NCBI RefSeq assembly: GCF_963921235.1
Contig: NC_086114.1
Span: 29,140,001 to 29,204,000, forward strand
Length of the DNA stretch: 64,000 nt
Direction: 5' to 3'
DNA from: Mobula hypostoma
Taxonomy: Eukaryota
The notes under the pieces were generated by a model. The model made no database searches and had not been told where the DNA came from. It worked only from the letters and a program-made list of their open reading frames with translations. Below, piece by piece: positions 24,668 through 37,284 of this stretch. Numbering within the stretch: position 1 is the stretch's first letter; each line of letters opens with the position of its first letter. The position numbers and the translations under genes are program-made.

Positions 24668-25988
24668 CACAAGACTATAAGACATAGGAACAAAATTAGG
24701 TCATATGGCCCATTGAGTCTGCTCCACTATTCCATAATGGCTGATTTATTATCCCACTCAATCCCATTCTCCTGCCTTCTCTCCATTACATTTGGTGGCC
24801 TGACTAATCAAGAATTTATCAACCAATGCTTTAAATATACTCAATGACTTGGCCTCCACAGCCATCTGTGGCAGTTAATTCCACAGATTCACAACCCTCT
24901 GGCTAAAGGAATGTCTCCTTACTTCTGTTCTAAATGGACGTCCCTCTGTTATGTGGCTGTGTCCTCTGGTCCTAGACTCACGCTCTATAGAGAACATCTT
25001 CTCCTTATCCTCTCTATCTAGGCCTTTCAATAGTCGATAGAATTCAAAGTAATTTCCCCCTCTCCCCATTCTTCTAAACTCCAGCAAATACAGGATGAGA
25101 GCCATCAAACACTCCTCTCATGTTAATACTTTCACTCTTGAAATTATTCTCATGAACCTCCTCTGGACCCTCTCCATTCCCAGCACATCTTTTCTTCAAT
25201 AAGGAATCCAAAACTGCTCACAATATCCCAACTGTGGTCTTACCAGTGCCTTGTAAAGTCTTACCATTACATCCTTGTCCTTATATTGCAGTCCTCTCAA
25301 AATGAATGCTAACATTGCATTTGCCTTCTTTACCACTGACTGAACCTACAAGTTAACCTTTAGGGACTCCTATATAAGGACTTCCATGTCCCTTTGAAAC
25401 TCTCACTTTTCAATTTTCTCCTATTTGAAAAGTAGTCTACTCCTTTATTCCTTCTACCAAAGTGTATGACCTTACAGCTCCCTGCACTATATTCCCTCTG
25501 ACACTTCATTGCCTATTCTTCCAATCTAATTCTTGCTGCACAATGTCTGTTTCCTCAACACTATCTGATCACCCCCCCCAAACTATCTTTGTATCATCCA
25601 CAAGCTTGGTGATAAAGCTATCAAATCTGTCGTACATATAATGTAAAAAGAAGTGGTGCCAACACACCCTGAGGAATGCCACTAGTTACTGACAGCCAAT
25701 CAGAAAAGGCCTCCTTCATTCCCATGCTTTGCTTCCTGCCAGTCTGCCAAATCTTCTTTACGTGCTAGTATCTTTTCTGTAATACCATGGGCTCTTAGCT
25801 TGTTAAGCACCCTAATGTGAGGTACTTAGTCAAAGACCTTCTGAAAATCCACATAAACAATATCTACTGACTCTTCCTTGTCTGTCCTGCCTGTTATTTC
25901 CTGAAAGAATTCCAACAGATTTGTCAGGCAAAATTTCCCCTTAAGGAAATCATGCTGTCTTTGGCCTACTTTATCATATGCCTCCTAG
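24668..25988 (-). mobile_element. CR1 LINE RT and 3' region
   Basis: Collinear with 20900-22012; ORF 24875-25108 is the CR1 C-terminus. Confidence 0.9.
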
Positions 25989-26845
25989 TTGCGAGCTCTG
26001 CGCCGGGAGATTCGGCACCAGAAAGACACAGCTCTCTGGACACACAACCCCCAGTAGCTAATCCACTGCTCCCGATGTTCAATGTTCTCCCACGACGCTT
26101 CAGTCAGTGACACTGGCCCAGAATCAGCACATCCCCAGAGCAACAAAATTCCAGAAACCTAAAGGTGCACTCATCTTCCAGGCTGCATCCTTGGGATAAC
26201 AAAAAGGGTCTGGACGTAAGGCCCTGAGAGCAGGTCCCATTCCTGCAAGGAACCGAAGTCAGAGTGTAACTCCAGGTCAGGGTTTTCAAAAGAACCCCTC
26301 ACACCCTGAAAAGATATGAAAGGTAGAAATAAAACTGTTTCTGAAGAAGCAAGCAAAAGAGTCACTGTTTAGCACCATCTTAATTTAGCCCCGCCTCTGC
26401 GGGCATTCGAATAGAATACCTTCAGTACTATATTAATCACCCTTTTCAATTTTGCTTTGATACTTGAACTCATCCTACTGACTGTAATTTTGCCTTATCA
26501 TCTGCCTGATCTTCCTCTCAGTCTCACTACATATTGAGGTTACACCATAGGAAGCTTGTTCTCTGCCATCTATTTCAGCGAGCTGGTGACATCAATAAAT
26601 ATCCTTTCATAGTCAGAACATCTTGAGCAAAAACTTCTCATCCTCAGCCCAGGCAGGGCTCTCAAGTGACTTCAATCATCCACCCTTTTCTCCTTCCTCT
26701 TCCTCACCTACTTTCTGTCCTTCTTACTTACCACTGGAGAATATGGGGAGTGACCATGGAGAGATTTAAAATGGGAATGAAAAAAGCATTGTGAGTCAAG
26801 TGACCTGTTTGGCCCAACTCATCCATGTTGACCAAGATGCCCTTC

Positions 26846-27310
26846 TAAGTTCAAGTTCAAGTTTAATTATCATTCAACCATACATGAATACAGCCAAATG
26901 AAACAGCATTCCTCTGGGACCAAGGGACAAAACATAGTACCAACAGTCATACACAGCACAAGACACATATAGTACATATAGGATAACAGTAATCATGCAG
27001 TCACACAGAAAATATATAACGTAGCCCAAATCCCCGAACCCATGGATGTTGTCAGCAAGAACAAGCCTGCAGCAGTATGCAAACGGATATAATACAGCTT
27101 GTCTTCCGCTGAGCAAAAACTGAAGGGCAGCACCAAAGCCAAAGTGGGCGACTGGCCACATTGCTTCTGGTGTCACCCCTCCTGGGCGGCTGCAACAGCC
27201 AACACCACAGCATGAGGCCAAGTCTGCACTACAACCAAGTCTATGCAGCTGTCCCACTGTGGGTCCTGCCAATAAACCAGCATTTGGTTCATAACACACT
27301 ACCCTCTGCA
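26846..27310 (-). mobile_element. SINE-like element with a Rex1-type (GAACTT)n tail, nested in CR1
   Basis: AAGTTCAAGTTCAAGTTTAATT tail; CR1 3' sequence on both sides. Confidence 0.55.
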
Positions 27311-27525
27311 TGAAGTAATAGATCCTCGAGCACCATTTAAAACTTTCCCTCTCTCCTTAAACCTATGCCATCTAGCATTTGATTCTCTTTCCCAGGAAAA
27401 AGACCATCCGTATTCACCCTATCCATGCCCTTCATGATTTATACAGTACACCTCTGTAAAGTCATCCCTCAGACTCCAACATTCCAAGGAATAAAATCCT
27501 AGCCTGCCCAGCCTCTCCCTGTAAC

Positions 27526-29300
27526 TCAAAGTTCAAAGTAAATTTTATTATCGAAGTACACAGACAAAATGCTGGAGGAACTCAGCAGCATTGATGGAAA
27601 TGAATAAACAGTTGGTGTTTTGGGCTGAGACCCTTCTTCAGGACTGGAAAGGAAGGGAGAAGTTGCCAGAATAAAGAGGTGAGGGGAGGGGAAGGAGGCT
27701 ACTTGGAAGGTGGTAGGTGAAGCCAGGTGGGAGGGAAAGGTCAAGGGCTGGAGAAGAAGGAATCTGATAGGAGAGGAGAGTGGACCACAGGAGAATGGGA
27801 AGGGGGAGGGGACCCAGGGGGAAGTAATAGGCAGGTAAGAAGAGGTAAAAGGTCTGAGTGTGGAATAGAGAGGGTGGGTGGGGGGAGAATTGTTTACTGG
27901 AAGGAGAAATCGATACTCATGCCATCAAGTTGGAGGCTACCAAGACATAATACAAAGGTGCATGTATGTTTATAAATAGCACTGTGAGATTCACTTTCTT
28001 GGAGGGATTTACAGGAAAAAAGAAATAAAATAGAATTTTGTGAAAAGCTGTACATAACCAACAAAGCCTGATCTGCAAAAGACACACTATGTAAATAAAA
28101 GTAATGCTGAGGACATGAGTTGTAAAGAGTCCTTGGAAGTGAGTCTGTAGGTCATAGAATCAGTTCAGAATAGTGTTGAATGAAGTTATTCAAGTCACTT
28201 CAGAAGCCTGATGTTTGTAGGGTAATAACTGATCCTGAACGGGGTGGTATGGGACCCTAAGGCTTCTGTACCTCCTGCCTAATAGTAGTAGCAAGAAGAG
28301 GGCATGGTCTGGATGGTGGACTGTGAAAGACTGGACTATATCTACCACTTTTTGTAGCTTGTCCGTTCCTGGGCATTGGTGGTTCCGTACCATGTAGTGA
28401 TACAACCGGCTAAGATACTCTCCACTGTGCATCTGTAGAAATTTGCCGACGTTTTCAGTGACATGCGAATCTATGCAAACTTCTCAGAAAGTAGATCTGC
28501 ACCACAACAGTGATGTTGTCAGCGAACTTAAACGCTATATTGAAGAGGTACTTAGCCACGCATGCATAAGCGAAAAGTGTGTAGAGCAGGGGACTAGCCA
28601 CATAGCCTTGTGGTGCATCTGTCCTGATGAGGAGTGTGGGGATGTTGTTGCCATTCTGTACTGGGGTCTGCCAGTGAGCAAATCAAAGATCTAGCTGCAC
28701 AGGGAGGTAGCAAGGTTAAGGTCTTGGAGCCTAGTGATGAGCTTCAAGCGGATGATAGTGTTGAATGCAGAGCTGTATTCACCGAAGAAAATCCTGATAT
28801 ATGCATCTTCATTGTCCAGGTGTTCCAGAGCTGGGTGAAGAGCCATTGAAATGGCATCTGCTTTCGACCTGTTGTGATGTTAGGCAATTTGGAGTGGATC
28901 CAGTTCACTCCTCAGGCAGGTGCTGATATGCTTCGTGACCAATCTGTCAAAGCACTTCGTCACAGTGGATGTAAGTGCTACCGGACGATAGTCATTCAGG
29001 CAGGTTAGCACGTTATTCTTGAGCACCAGTGTGATTGATGCCTGCCTGAAGCTGGTGGTACTTCAGACTGCTGAAGCAGGAGGTTAAAGCTGTCTGTAAA
29101 CACTCCAGCCGGTTGATTAGCACAGGTCTTCAGTACTCAGTCAGGTACGCCATCCGGGCCAGATGTCTTCTGTGGATTCACCCTCCTGAAGGATGCTTTC
29201 ACGTGGCCTCAGAGACTAAGATTACTGTGTCATCAGGGACTGTGAGGGTTCGTGAAGATGCCTCCGTGTTCTGTCAGTCAAAGTGAGCATAAAAGGCACT
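27526..29300 (-). mobile_element. Old Rex1/Babar LINE RT region and 3' end, interrupted by a PLE
   Basis: HHPDHALFLLLLLGRRYRSLR; CTATCATCCGCTTGAAGC-type RT motifs on the minus strand; TTTGAAC tail. Confidence 0.75.
27557..27958 (-). mobile_element. PLE 3' fragment (end of GIY-YIG domain plus terminal repeat)
   Basis: ..LGSLQLDGMSIDFSF; hammerhead-like AGTCCTGAAGAAGGGTCTCAGCCCAAAACACCAACT (GAAA mutated). Confidence 0.85.
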
Positions 29301-30509
29301 TCCCTCATCTTAGGTACTATAATCCTGGCAGCATCCTTGTAAATCTTCTCTGTGCTCTTTCCAACCTAATGACACATTTCCTCTAACGACCCAAACTGTA
29401 CACAATGCTCGATGTGCAACCTCGCCATTCTTGTACAACTGCAATATAATAATGGGTAAAATTCTAAAGTTTAGCAAGGATAGGGTGCATTTATAATTCA
29501 AACTGCCTGTAGATACTCCCTGAAATTTATGTTCTATGTACCCTGTCAAAACTAACAATTTAAATTCAGAAACATGGGACTGAATGATCTGTAAAGATAT
29601 ATTTCACGCTGTTGAATTTCATTTTTGTGTGGGAAGGAACCAATTGCAAACTCAGATAGTGATGTCATTCATCTATTTAACAGCTCAAGTGCAGCAGTGG
29701 CTGAGAAATGAAACAGCACAAAGGCTCCCTCTGAAATAAACAAAACCTTCACAGGCTAGGGAAATGCCATTATTTTTTAACACAATCAGCGTATTGCAAT
29801 ACAGTAACAATCAATTTCAGTGCATCGCAAATCAAGCCACATAAAACAGAAGTAAATTAAAGGAGTAGAGCACTCAGGCTGAGTGAAATATTGAAAGCTC
29901 CCATAGAATTGATGTTACAATGAAACTAATTGATAACTAACAGGACAAATTGAACATTGGATCTGAAGAAACTGCTGAAATGCAGCAAAAATGACTGATA
30001 TACTTCATTACATTGTACAGAATGAGGTCAAAGAGCCAAAAGAAATGCTTACATTTAAATAACATTTCATCACCTCTTGTAAACTTCTGAATGTTAAGGA
30101 TGATTAAACATTGGGAGACCATTCAGCCCTTCGCACTTGTGCCTATCCTTTGATAGGACTATTCCTTGCTCTTTCCCTGTGGTTCTGATATATTTTTTTC
30201 TTTTATATACCTAACCAGTTCCCTTTTGAAAGCTCATTTTGACTATATTTCCACTACTGTCTCAAGCAATGAATCCCAGATAGACGCAGTTCATTGCATA
30301 CAGACTTTTCTCCTCCCTGCTTGATTTTCCACTTCTAAGGAGGCAATCTCAGCTCTTGTTTCTCCACAGAAATGATCTCCTCACTCCTAGTAACCTTCTG
30401 CAAAATGTCTGGATTGTTCCAAATCATGGGGCCCAAATTTGGTTACAATGCTCCAGCTCAGTTTTAATTTTCATGAGGTCTCTGTGTAGTTCCTTGCTTT
30501 TAGTGTGGT

Positions 30510-31112
30510 AGAATCATAGAGAAGTACAGCACAGAAACAGGCCCTTTGACCCATCTAGTCCGTGCCAAAACCATTTAAGCTGCCTACTCCCATCGACCTG
30601 CAACAGGATCATAGCCCTCCATACCCCTACTATCCATGTCCTTATCCAAACTTCTCTTAAACTTTGAAATCGAGCTCGCATACACCACTTGTGCTGGCAG
30701 CTCATTCTACACTCTCTCAACCATCTGAGCGAAGAAGCTTCCCCGCATATTCCCCTTAAACCTCTCACCTTTTACCCTTAACCCATGGCCTCCCGTTGTA
30801 GTCCCACCCAATCTCAGGGGAAAAAAGCCTACTTGCACTTACCCTATCTATACCCCTCATAATTTTTGTATACCTCTATCAAATCTCCCCCCCCCCAATC
30901 TTCTATGTTCTAAAGAATACATTCCTAACCTGTTCAATTTGTCCTGATAACTCAGGTTCTCCAGACCCGGCAAAATCCTTCTAAATTTTCTCTGTACTCT
31001 TTCAACCTTGTTTTTACATCTTTCCCATAGATAGGTGATCATAACTGCACACAATACACTAAATTAGGCCTTGCTGATGTCTTATACAACATCAACATAA
31101 CATCCTATCTCC
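30510..31112 (-). mobile_element. CR1 LINE 3' fragment, nested in an older CR1
   Basis: VERVQRKFRRILPGLENLSYQDKLNRLGMYSLEHRRL. Confidence 0.9.
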
Positions 31113-31437
31113 TGTCTCCTGCATTCTTGTAGTTTTTCTTCCTCTATTAATAAAACAAAGGATCACATGACCTTTTAGAAATATCCTTCTCAACTTATTT
31201 TGCTGTTTTCAAAGATATGAGAATATTTTCTCCCCCAGGATTTTGCTTGTGGAATATTCTCTCCCCTCCTAAATGCGGTAATCACAATGCCCCCATCTTT
31301 CCTGCCCCTTCAGCCCTTGCCTATAGAACTTGATTCATATATGATGAACTATAGTCATTTTTTGATATACAGAAGGGTTGCTTGATCCCAAGAGTGAGAT
31401 TTTGTGTGAAATGCCATTTGTGAATTTTGATACAATG

Positions 31438-31543
31438 TATAGTCATAGTCATAGTCATACTTTATTGATCCTGGGGGAAATTGGTTTTCATTACAGTTGC
31501 ACCATAAGTAATTAAATAGTAATAAAATAGTAATAAATAGTAT
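31438..31543 (-). mobile_element. Rex1 family B tail fragment
   Basis: AGTCATAGTCATAGTCATACTTTATTGATCC, as at 22299. Confidence 0.85.
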
Positions 31544-31829
31544 TCCTATGAATGGAGATCAGTGCACTATTGTGTTCACAGTAGCAAACAACCTTCTTCA
31601 TAATAGTGAAGAATAGATTTGTAAATTGAAGGAGCATGGCCTCAGAATAGAAGATTGTTCCTTTAGGACAGAGATGAGGAAGAACTTCTTTAGCCAGAGG
31701 GTGGTGAATCTGTGGAATTCATTTGCACAGATGACTGTGGAGGACCAGTCATTGGGTATATTTAAAGCAAAGGTTGATAGGTTCTTGATTAGTAAGGTTA
31801 TGGGGAGAAGGAAGGTTTGAGAGGAATAA

Positions 31830-33080
31830 TACTTTACTTTATACTTTATTGTCACCAAACAATTGGTACTAGAACGTACAATCATCACAGCGATATCTGA
31901 TTCCGCGCTTCACACTCCCTGGATTACAAATATTAAATATTAAAGATATTAAAAATAGTTAAAATTAGTAAATATTAAAAAAATAAACTATAAAACAGAA
32001 CTATCTGCAGCTTAATGTGAAAAAGACTAAGGAGCTGGTGGTAGACCTGAGGAGAGCTAAGGTACCGGTGATCCCTGTTTCCATCCAGGGGGTCAGTGTG
32101 GACATGGTGGAGGATTACAAATACCTGGGGATACGAATTGACAATAAACTGGACTGGTCAAAGAACACTGAGGCTGTCTACAAGAAGGGTCAGAGCCGTC
32201 TCTATTTCCTGAGGAGACTGAGGTCCTTTAACATCTGCCGGACGATACTGAGGATGTTCTACGAGTCTGTGGTGGCCAGTGCTATCATGTTTGCTGTTGT
32301 GTGCTGGGGCAGCAGACACCAACAGAATCAGCAAACTCATTCGCAAGGCCAGTGATGTTGTGGGGATGGAACTGGACTCTCTCACGGTGGTGTCTGAAAA
32401 GAGGATGCTGTCTAAGTTGCATGCCATCTTGGTCAATGTCTCCCATCCACTACATAATGTACTGGCTGGGCACAGGAGTACATTCAGTCAGAGACTCATT
32501 CCACCGAGATGCAGCACTGAGCGTCATAGGAAGTCATTCCTGCCTGTGGCCATTAAACTTTACAACTCCTTCCTTGGAGGGTCAGACACCCTGAGCCAAT
32601 AGGGTGGTCCTGGACTTATTTCATAATTTACTGGCGTAATTTACATATTACTATTTAACTATTTATGGTTCTATTACTATTTATTATTTATGGAGCAACT
32701 GTAACGAAAACCAATTTCCCTCGGAATTAATAAAGTATGACTATGACTATGAATATGAAATAGAAAATAGAGAAATGGGAAGTGAGGTAGTGCAAAAAAA
32801 AAACCGAGAGGCAGGTCCGGATATTTGGAGGGTAAGGCCCAGATCCGGGTCAGGATCCATTCAGCAGTCTTACCACAGTTGGAAAGAATCTGTTCCCAAA
32901 TCTGGCCATACGAGTCTTCAAGCTCCTGAGCCTTCTCCCAGAGGGAAGAGGGATGAAAAGTCTGTTGTCTGGGTGGGTCGTGTCCTTGATTATCCTGGCA
33001 GCACTGCTCCGACAGTGTGCGGTGTAAAGTGAGCCCACGGGCGGAAGATTGGTTTGTGTGATGTGCTGCGCCGTGTTCAC
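31830..33080 (-). mobile_element. Rex1/Babar LINE family C 3' end (interrupted by family B)
   Basis: ORF 32850-33080(-) RIIKDTTHPDNRLFIPLPSGRRLRSLKTRMARFGNRFFP; (TAAAG)n tail at ~31830. Confidence 0.85.
32003..32751 (+). mobile_element. Rex1/Babar LINE family B 3' part
   Basis: LNVKKTKELVVDLRR..YKYLGIRIDNKLDWS..QSRLYFLRRLRSF; AATAAAG(TATGAC)n tail. Confidence 0.92.
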
Positions 33081-33504
33081 AAATTAGCCATGATCGAATG
33101 ACAGTAGACTTGATGGACTGAGTGGCCTATTTCTGATCTTATGTCATATGTTCTTACGGTCTTCTGGCAAATAAAATTGTAAGTCCAACATTTGTAAGTT
33201 GTGAATGACCTATTCAATTAGTTTAGACAAGTACAGCAAGCTTCTTACATCCTTTCTAAATAAGAATTTTACATTCTAATGATGGCTCACAGGTGAAACA
33301 CTGTCACAGACACTGTCTGACAGGAGGAATATTTCAGTATCAACAATTTTTTTTATCATTCTAATCATCTGGCTGTTGGTGGTAATGTAGATAACAGAGA
33401 CTATAACATTGGAAGGGCTGATAGGGTTGGAGAGCCTGAGGTGTTGTGAGTGTAGAGTTTTGGAGGGAAGAGAGAGATATTAATATTAGATAAAGAAACA
33501 ATTG

Positions 33505-33690
33505 AAATTTATTTATTTCGAGACACAGTGCAGAACAGGCCCTTTCGGCCCAACATGCTGCACCACCCAACAACCCGTCTATTTAACACCAGCCTAACCA
33601 CGGGACAATTTACAATGACCAACTAACCTACTAATCTGCACACCTTTGGACTGTGGGAGGAAAATGGAGAGCTTGGAGAAATGCAAACAT
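33505..33690 (-). mobile_element. V-SINE fragment
   Basis: Homologous to 39628-39911 (CTTTGGACTGTGGGAGGAAA core). Confidence 0.75.
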
Positions 33691-33829
33691 TGTGAGGATT
33701 TTATGCAGGACACTGAAACCATAAGGACTAAAACAGAAAAATAAAAGTAGGGTGATCACATTTCTGGTAGTGTACCACAGGACAAACAGTCAGTGGATGA
33801 TAGAATGCAAGAGAATAAAGGGTGAACTT

Positions 33830-34092
33830 AACAAGGTATATTAAACTTATGAGGGGTATAGGCAGGGTGAAAGTGCAGTCTTTTCCCCATAGTAGGGAAA
33901 TCAAGAACTAGAGGGTTTAGGTTTAAGGTAAAAGGGGAGAAGTTTAATACAATCAGAGAGTCATCAGTATATGGAATGAACTGCTAGAGGAAGTGTTTGA
34001 AGCAAGTACGTTAGCAACATTTAAAAGGTACTTGTATAGGAAAACTTTAGACCGTTATGGGTCAAACACGGGCAAATGGGTCTAGTTTAGAG
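33830..34092 (+). mobile_element. CR1 3' fragment
   Basis: ACTAGAGGG..AGGTTTAAGGT..TGGAATGAACTGC motifs. Confidence 0.75.
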
Positions 34093-35100
34093 ACCGATAG
34101 ATAATCTATCTTCTGAGATGGAGGCAGAGAGATTAAGAAAGGGGAGAAATGTGTCAGAGATGGACCATGTGATTTTAAGGGTGGGGTGGAAGTTGATGAT
34201 GAAATTGATAATGTTGATGAGCCTTGCATCAGTGCAGAAAGCAGTTATCAATGTAACAGAGAGAAATGGGGAAGGTCACCAGTATAGATTTCGAACATAG
34301 ATAGTTCCACAAAACCAATGAAAAGGCAGACATACAGTATAGCTCAGGCCCATACATGTGTCCAAAGCTGCAGCTCGGGAGAAATTGGGGGAAGCTGAAA
34401 GAAAAATTGTTAAGAGTGAGGAACGGTTCTGCCAGATGGAGGAGGTGTTGGAGGGAACTAGTTGGATCTGTTATTAAGAAAGAAATGGAGAGCTTTCAGG
34501 CCTTCCTGATGAATGATAGAAGTGTTAGAGGTCTGGTGAAAATAAAGTGATCAGGGAACTGGTGGAGAGGATGCAAAGTGTCACTGATGTAGATGGGAAG
34601 AGACTGAACCAAGGGGCACAAAATGGAATCAAAATAGGAGGGCAGAAGTTCAGTGGGACAGGTAGAAATGGATATTGTGGGGTTGAGGAATAATGAGGTT
34701 GGAGACTGTAGAGAGGAGATTTCCAGGGGTGATGTGGTCAGTCACAGTGTGGGAGACACTGGCCTGAAGCTTCTCAGTAGGCTACTGGACAGGGGTAGGT
34801 AAGAGCAGTGCACTCAAAGGAGTGAGGGGAGTCGTGAAGACCAGGTGGTTAGTATCTTATCGGCAGTCGGAGATTAAAAGATACAGAATTGGCAGAATGC
34901 CAAAGTGGGGTGTTCAAGAGGAGGAGGAGAGCTTAAGGTGAGAGAAGAGGTCAATAGTGGTGGATAAGCAATACTTGACAAAGAAACTGGTGGAGGAGAC
35001 AGAAGAATAGTCTAGTGTCATGGCAGGCAAGGTATATGTTAAGGTGTGGGCACAGGTGGGGCAAAAGTAAAGGCATTTGCTGAGGGTAGAATATCCCACC
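34093..35100 (-). mobile_element. Old Penelope-like element reverse-transcriptase remnant
   Basis: Minus strand: STLSKCLYFCP; LTLNNFSF; MGLSY..CLFIGFVE; INFHPTLKITWSISDTFLPFLNLS (PLE RT motifs, frameshifted). Confidence 0.8.
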
Positions 35101-35369
35101 TCAAAGAGCAGAAGTTTGAAGGGCATAGTAAAGACATGTCACCAATTGGGCCTAGGGTCACCCTCTGCCAGCTTCCTCGCATTACATTCAGGGTTGCCTG
35201 CAAAGGATGTTCACCAGTATTGGGAATCGGGTGTGGGGTGTTGTTAGCACTTTTGCACCTTGTTGTAGGGAGGATTTCATTTGAACTGTATCTTTTTTCT
35301 CTGTAAATAGAGTGTGAATGATTTGAAGGTAGAGAAACGAGAGGTGAGGCCATATGTGTCAGTTTGCTT

Positions 35370-35399
35370 ATGTGTGTGTGTGTGTGTGTGGTTGTGTGT
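35370..35399. repeat. (TG)n microsatellite
   Basis: Direct reading. Confidence 0.85.
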
Positions 35400-36399
35400 C
35401 AGGACATTACCTTTAAGAGACTCTGTGAATGTGTTGGTCCCTGCCCAGTTACTTTTTCCTTCTCAATTGTCCTCTGATCATCACTCTTTCTCTGTGAGAA
35501 ATTAACTGTCTGTTTTAAGTTTTTGCAGTTCCATATGAAGTTTTGAAGAGGTACACAGCCTGGGCTTTGTGTTTTGTGTTCTAATCTGTTGCTATGTTTC
35601 TTGTGTTTCTTTAGTCAGTTATATTGTTTCTTGTTTTTTTTTTAAAGTCTGTTACATGTTTATTGCATCTTAATCTGTTACTTTGTTACTTGTTTCCCAT
35701 GCAATTAGTTTTAGGGATTACTCACTTTTCATACTGGCCATATGAAATTTGAGTTGAAATTTGGTAGAAAATTGGGCAACTTTATTCCAGATATAAGATG
35801 CCCACATTTCAGAGGGAATTGAAAATTTGGGGAGCAATTCTTTTTTTTTTTGTTTTGTTTTCCAAATGCCTGGTTACTAATCAGGAGTGAATGTTATTTG
35901 TATCTCTCTGCATTACAGAATGGCGAAGTGGTGAATGCTGATTTGTGGTGTGAGATCCAGTGATACATTCCTGAGAATGGCATTTGAATTTTCACACTGA
36001 ACCAATGAGTCAGATTGCTGAATTTGTATGAGGACTCCTTACTACAGAGTGGAAGGGGTGCCACTGATATTGATCCCTTTGACAAGGAAAAGACTGTGGG
36101 GGAAATTATCTGGATTCTCAGATTTTGGCACTCTGTTTTGGGGGAGATGAGAGGGGATAGTCTATTCCAGCAACCTCAACCCAGAGTATGGTAACAGCCT
36201 TAAGGGACTTGAGCCCAAATAGCCCTGGTGGAGTAACTGCTTTAAGGACTAGTATTTTCCCATGTACAATTTGTTTAATTGGAAGGTCCTAACTCTTAAA
36301 ATGATTTCCCCACCTAACAGAGAGTGTTGGTGTAGGTGTAGGTGTAGGTGTAGGTTCACAGTGGGTGGCTGTGTCTATGCCATATGGTGTTGTGAAGCT

Positions 36400-36946
36400 G
36401 GGCACTTGTTGGACACATAATGGCATTTGTTGGAAACTGAATGGCACTTACTGGATATGCAGTTCCTAGGCCTATTTATGGTTACCACGGGGTGGTGCAG
36501 TTGATATGCAGTGCCCTACGTATGCCATCCCAGTGCCCTACATGAGCACCTTGCCCGTGCTGGTTGGAAGAGGACTATTACAAAGGAAAGAAGGCTTTGA
36601 ATGATGGCCTTTCTTAGCACAGTGAGAACTGCTTTTGATGATCTTAGGTGACCTGCTCACAAAAGAGGGTGGCACTTGTACTGTTATTGGTCAAGAATTC
36701 TGCACCTACTTTTCTGATGGGTTGGAGAACATCACTCATCTGGTTGATCACATCTGAGAGTCAGTGTCTAAGATGAAGTGGGGACCAGCTCATTAGCTAT
36801 TGCACTCTGGGTTGGAACTGATAGTCTTTTGGGGTGAACAGGGGCTGGTGGACTACTGGGAGGTAGCTATTGGGTTTACAGTACTGGGTATTGTACTTTT
36901 ATGTTTTATATGTAGCTTAGTTAGGAGTTCACAGGAGTCACACTAG
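36400..36946 (+). pseudogene. env: Endogenous retrovirus env remnant (gamma/epsilon-type TM)
   Basis: 36431: WKLNGTYWICSS*AYLWLP; ..GWKR|TITKERRL*MMAFL (cleavage site-like); 36650: DLLTKEGGTCTVIGQEFCTYFSDGLENITHLVDHI (ISD end plus degenerate CX6CC); hydrophobic VAIGFTVLGIVLLCFICSLV. Confidence 0.8.
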
Positions 36947-36980
36947 TCTGAAGGTTGGATCATCATGTTTGCAACTTGCA

Positions 36981-37226
36981 AGGGGTGGAGTGTCCTGTGG
37001 GTGGGGCGTGCCTTATTCTGATTGTTGCAACTAACCTTTGTCGTGATTGTGTCACACATTTTCAGATCCTTTTACTTCTGCTGAGCTGTAATTAACTCTC
37101 GCAGATCTGTCGCCATGACATGTTTCCCACTGAACAAACACGTTCAGCCAAGTGCTCTTTAAAGGTTTCTTATTTTGGTTTATGTAGTCCTGTCATCATT
37201 TTCACTCAACTCTTCCACTTATATCA
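36981..37226 (+). mobile_element. Putative polypurine tract and 3' LTR of the ERV
   Basis: AGGGGTGGAG immediately followed by TGT just downstream of env; candidate CA end near 37226; no 5' LTR found. Confidence 0.4.
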
Positions 37227-37284
37227 GGTGGTAACTTTAATTACCTATCATAACCTGTTGTTGTGATTCTTTGTTTAATCTATT

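Larger units (their letters stand above)
31627..33160 (+). mobile_element. CR1 3' end hosting two nested Rex1 elements
   Basis: RTEMRKNFFSQRVVNLWNSF..; the 3' UTR resumes at 33081 (AAATTAGCCATGATCGAATG). Confidence 0.85.

Noticed and set aside
36329-36354. (GGTGTA)n as a telomere-like repeat
   Set aside because: Not TTAGGG; a short microsatellite expansion near the env remnant.
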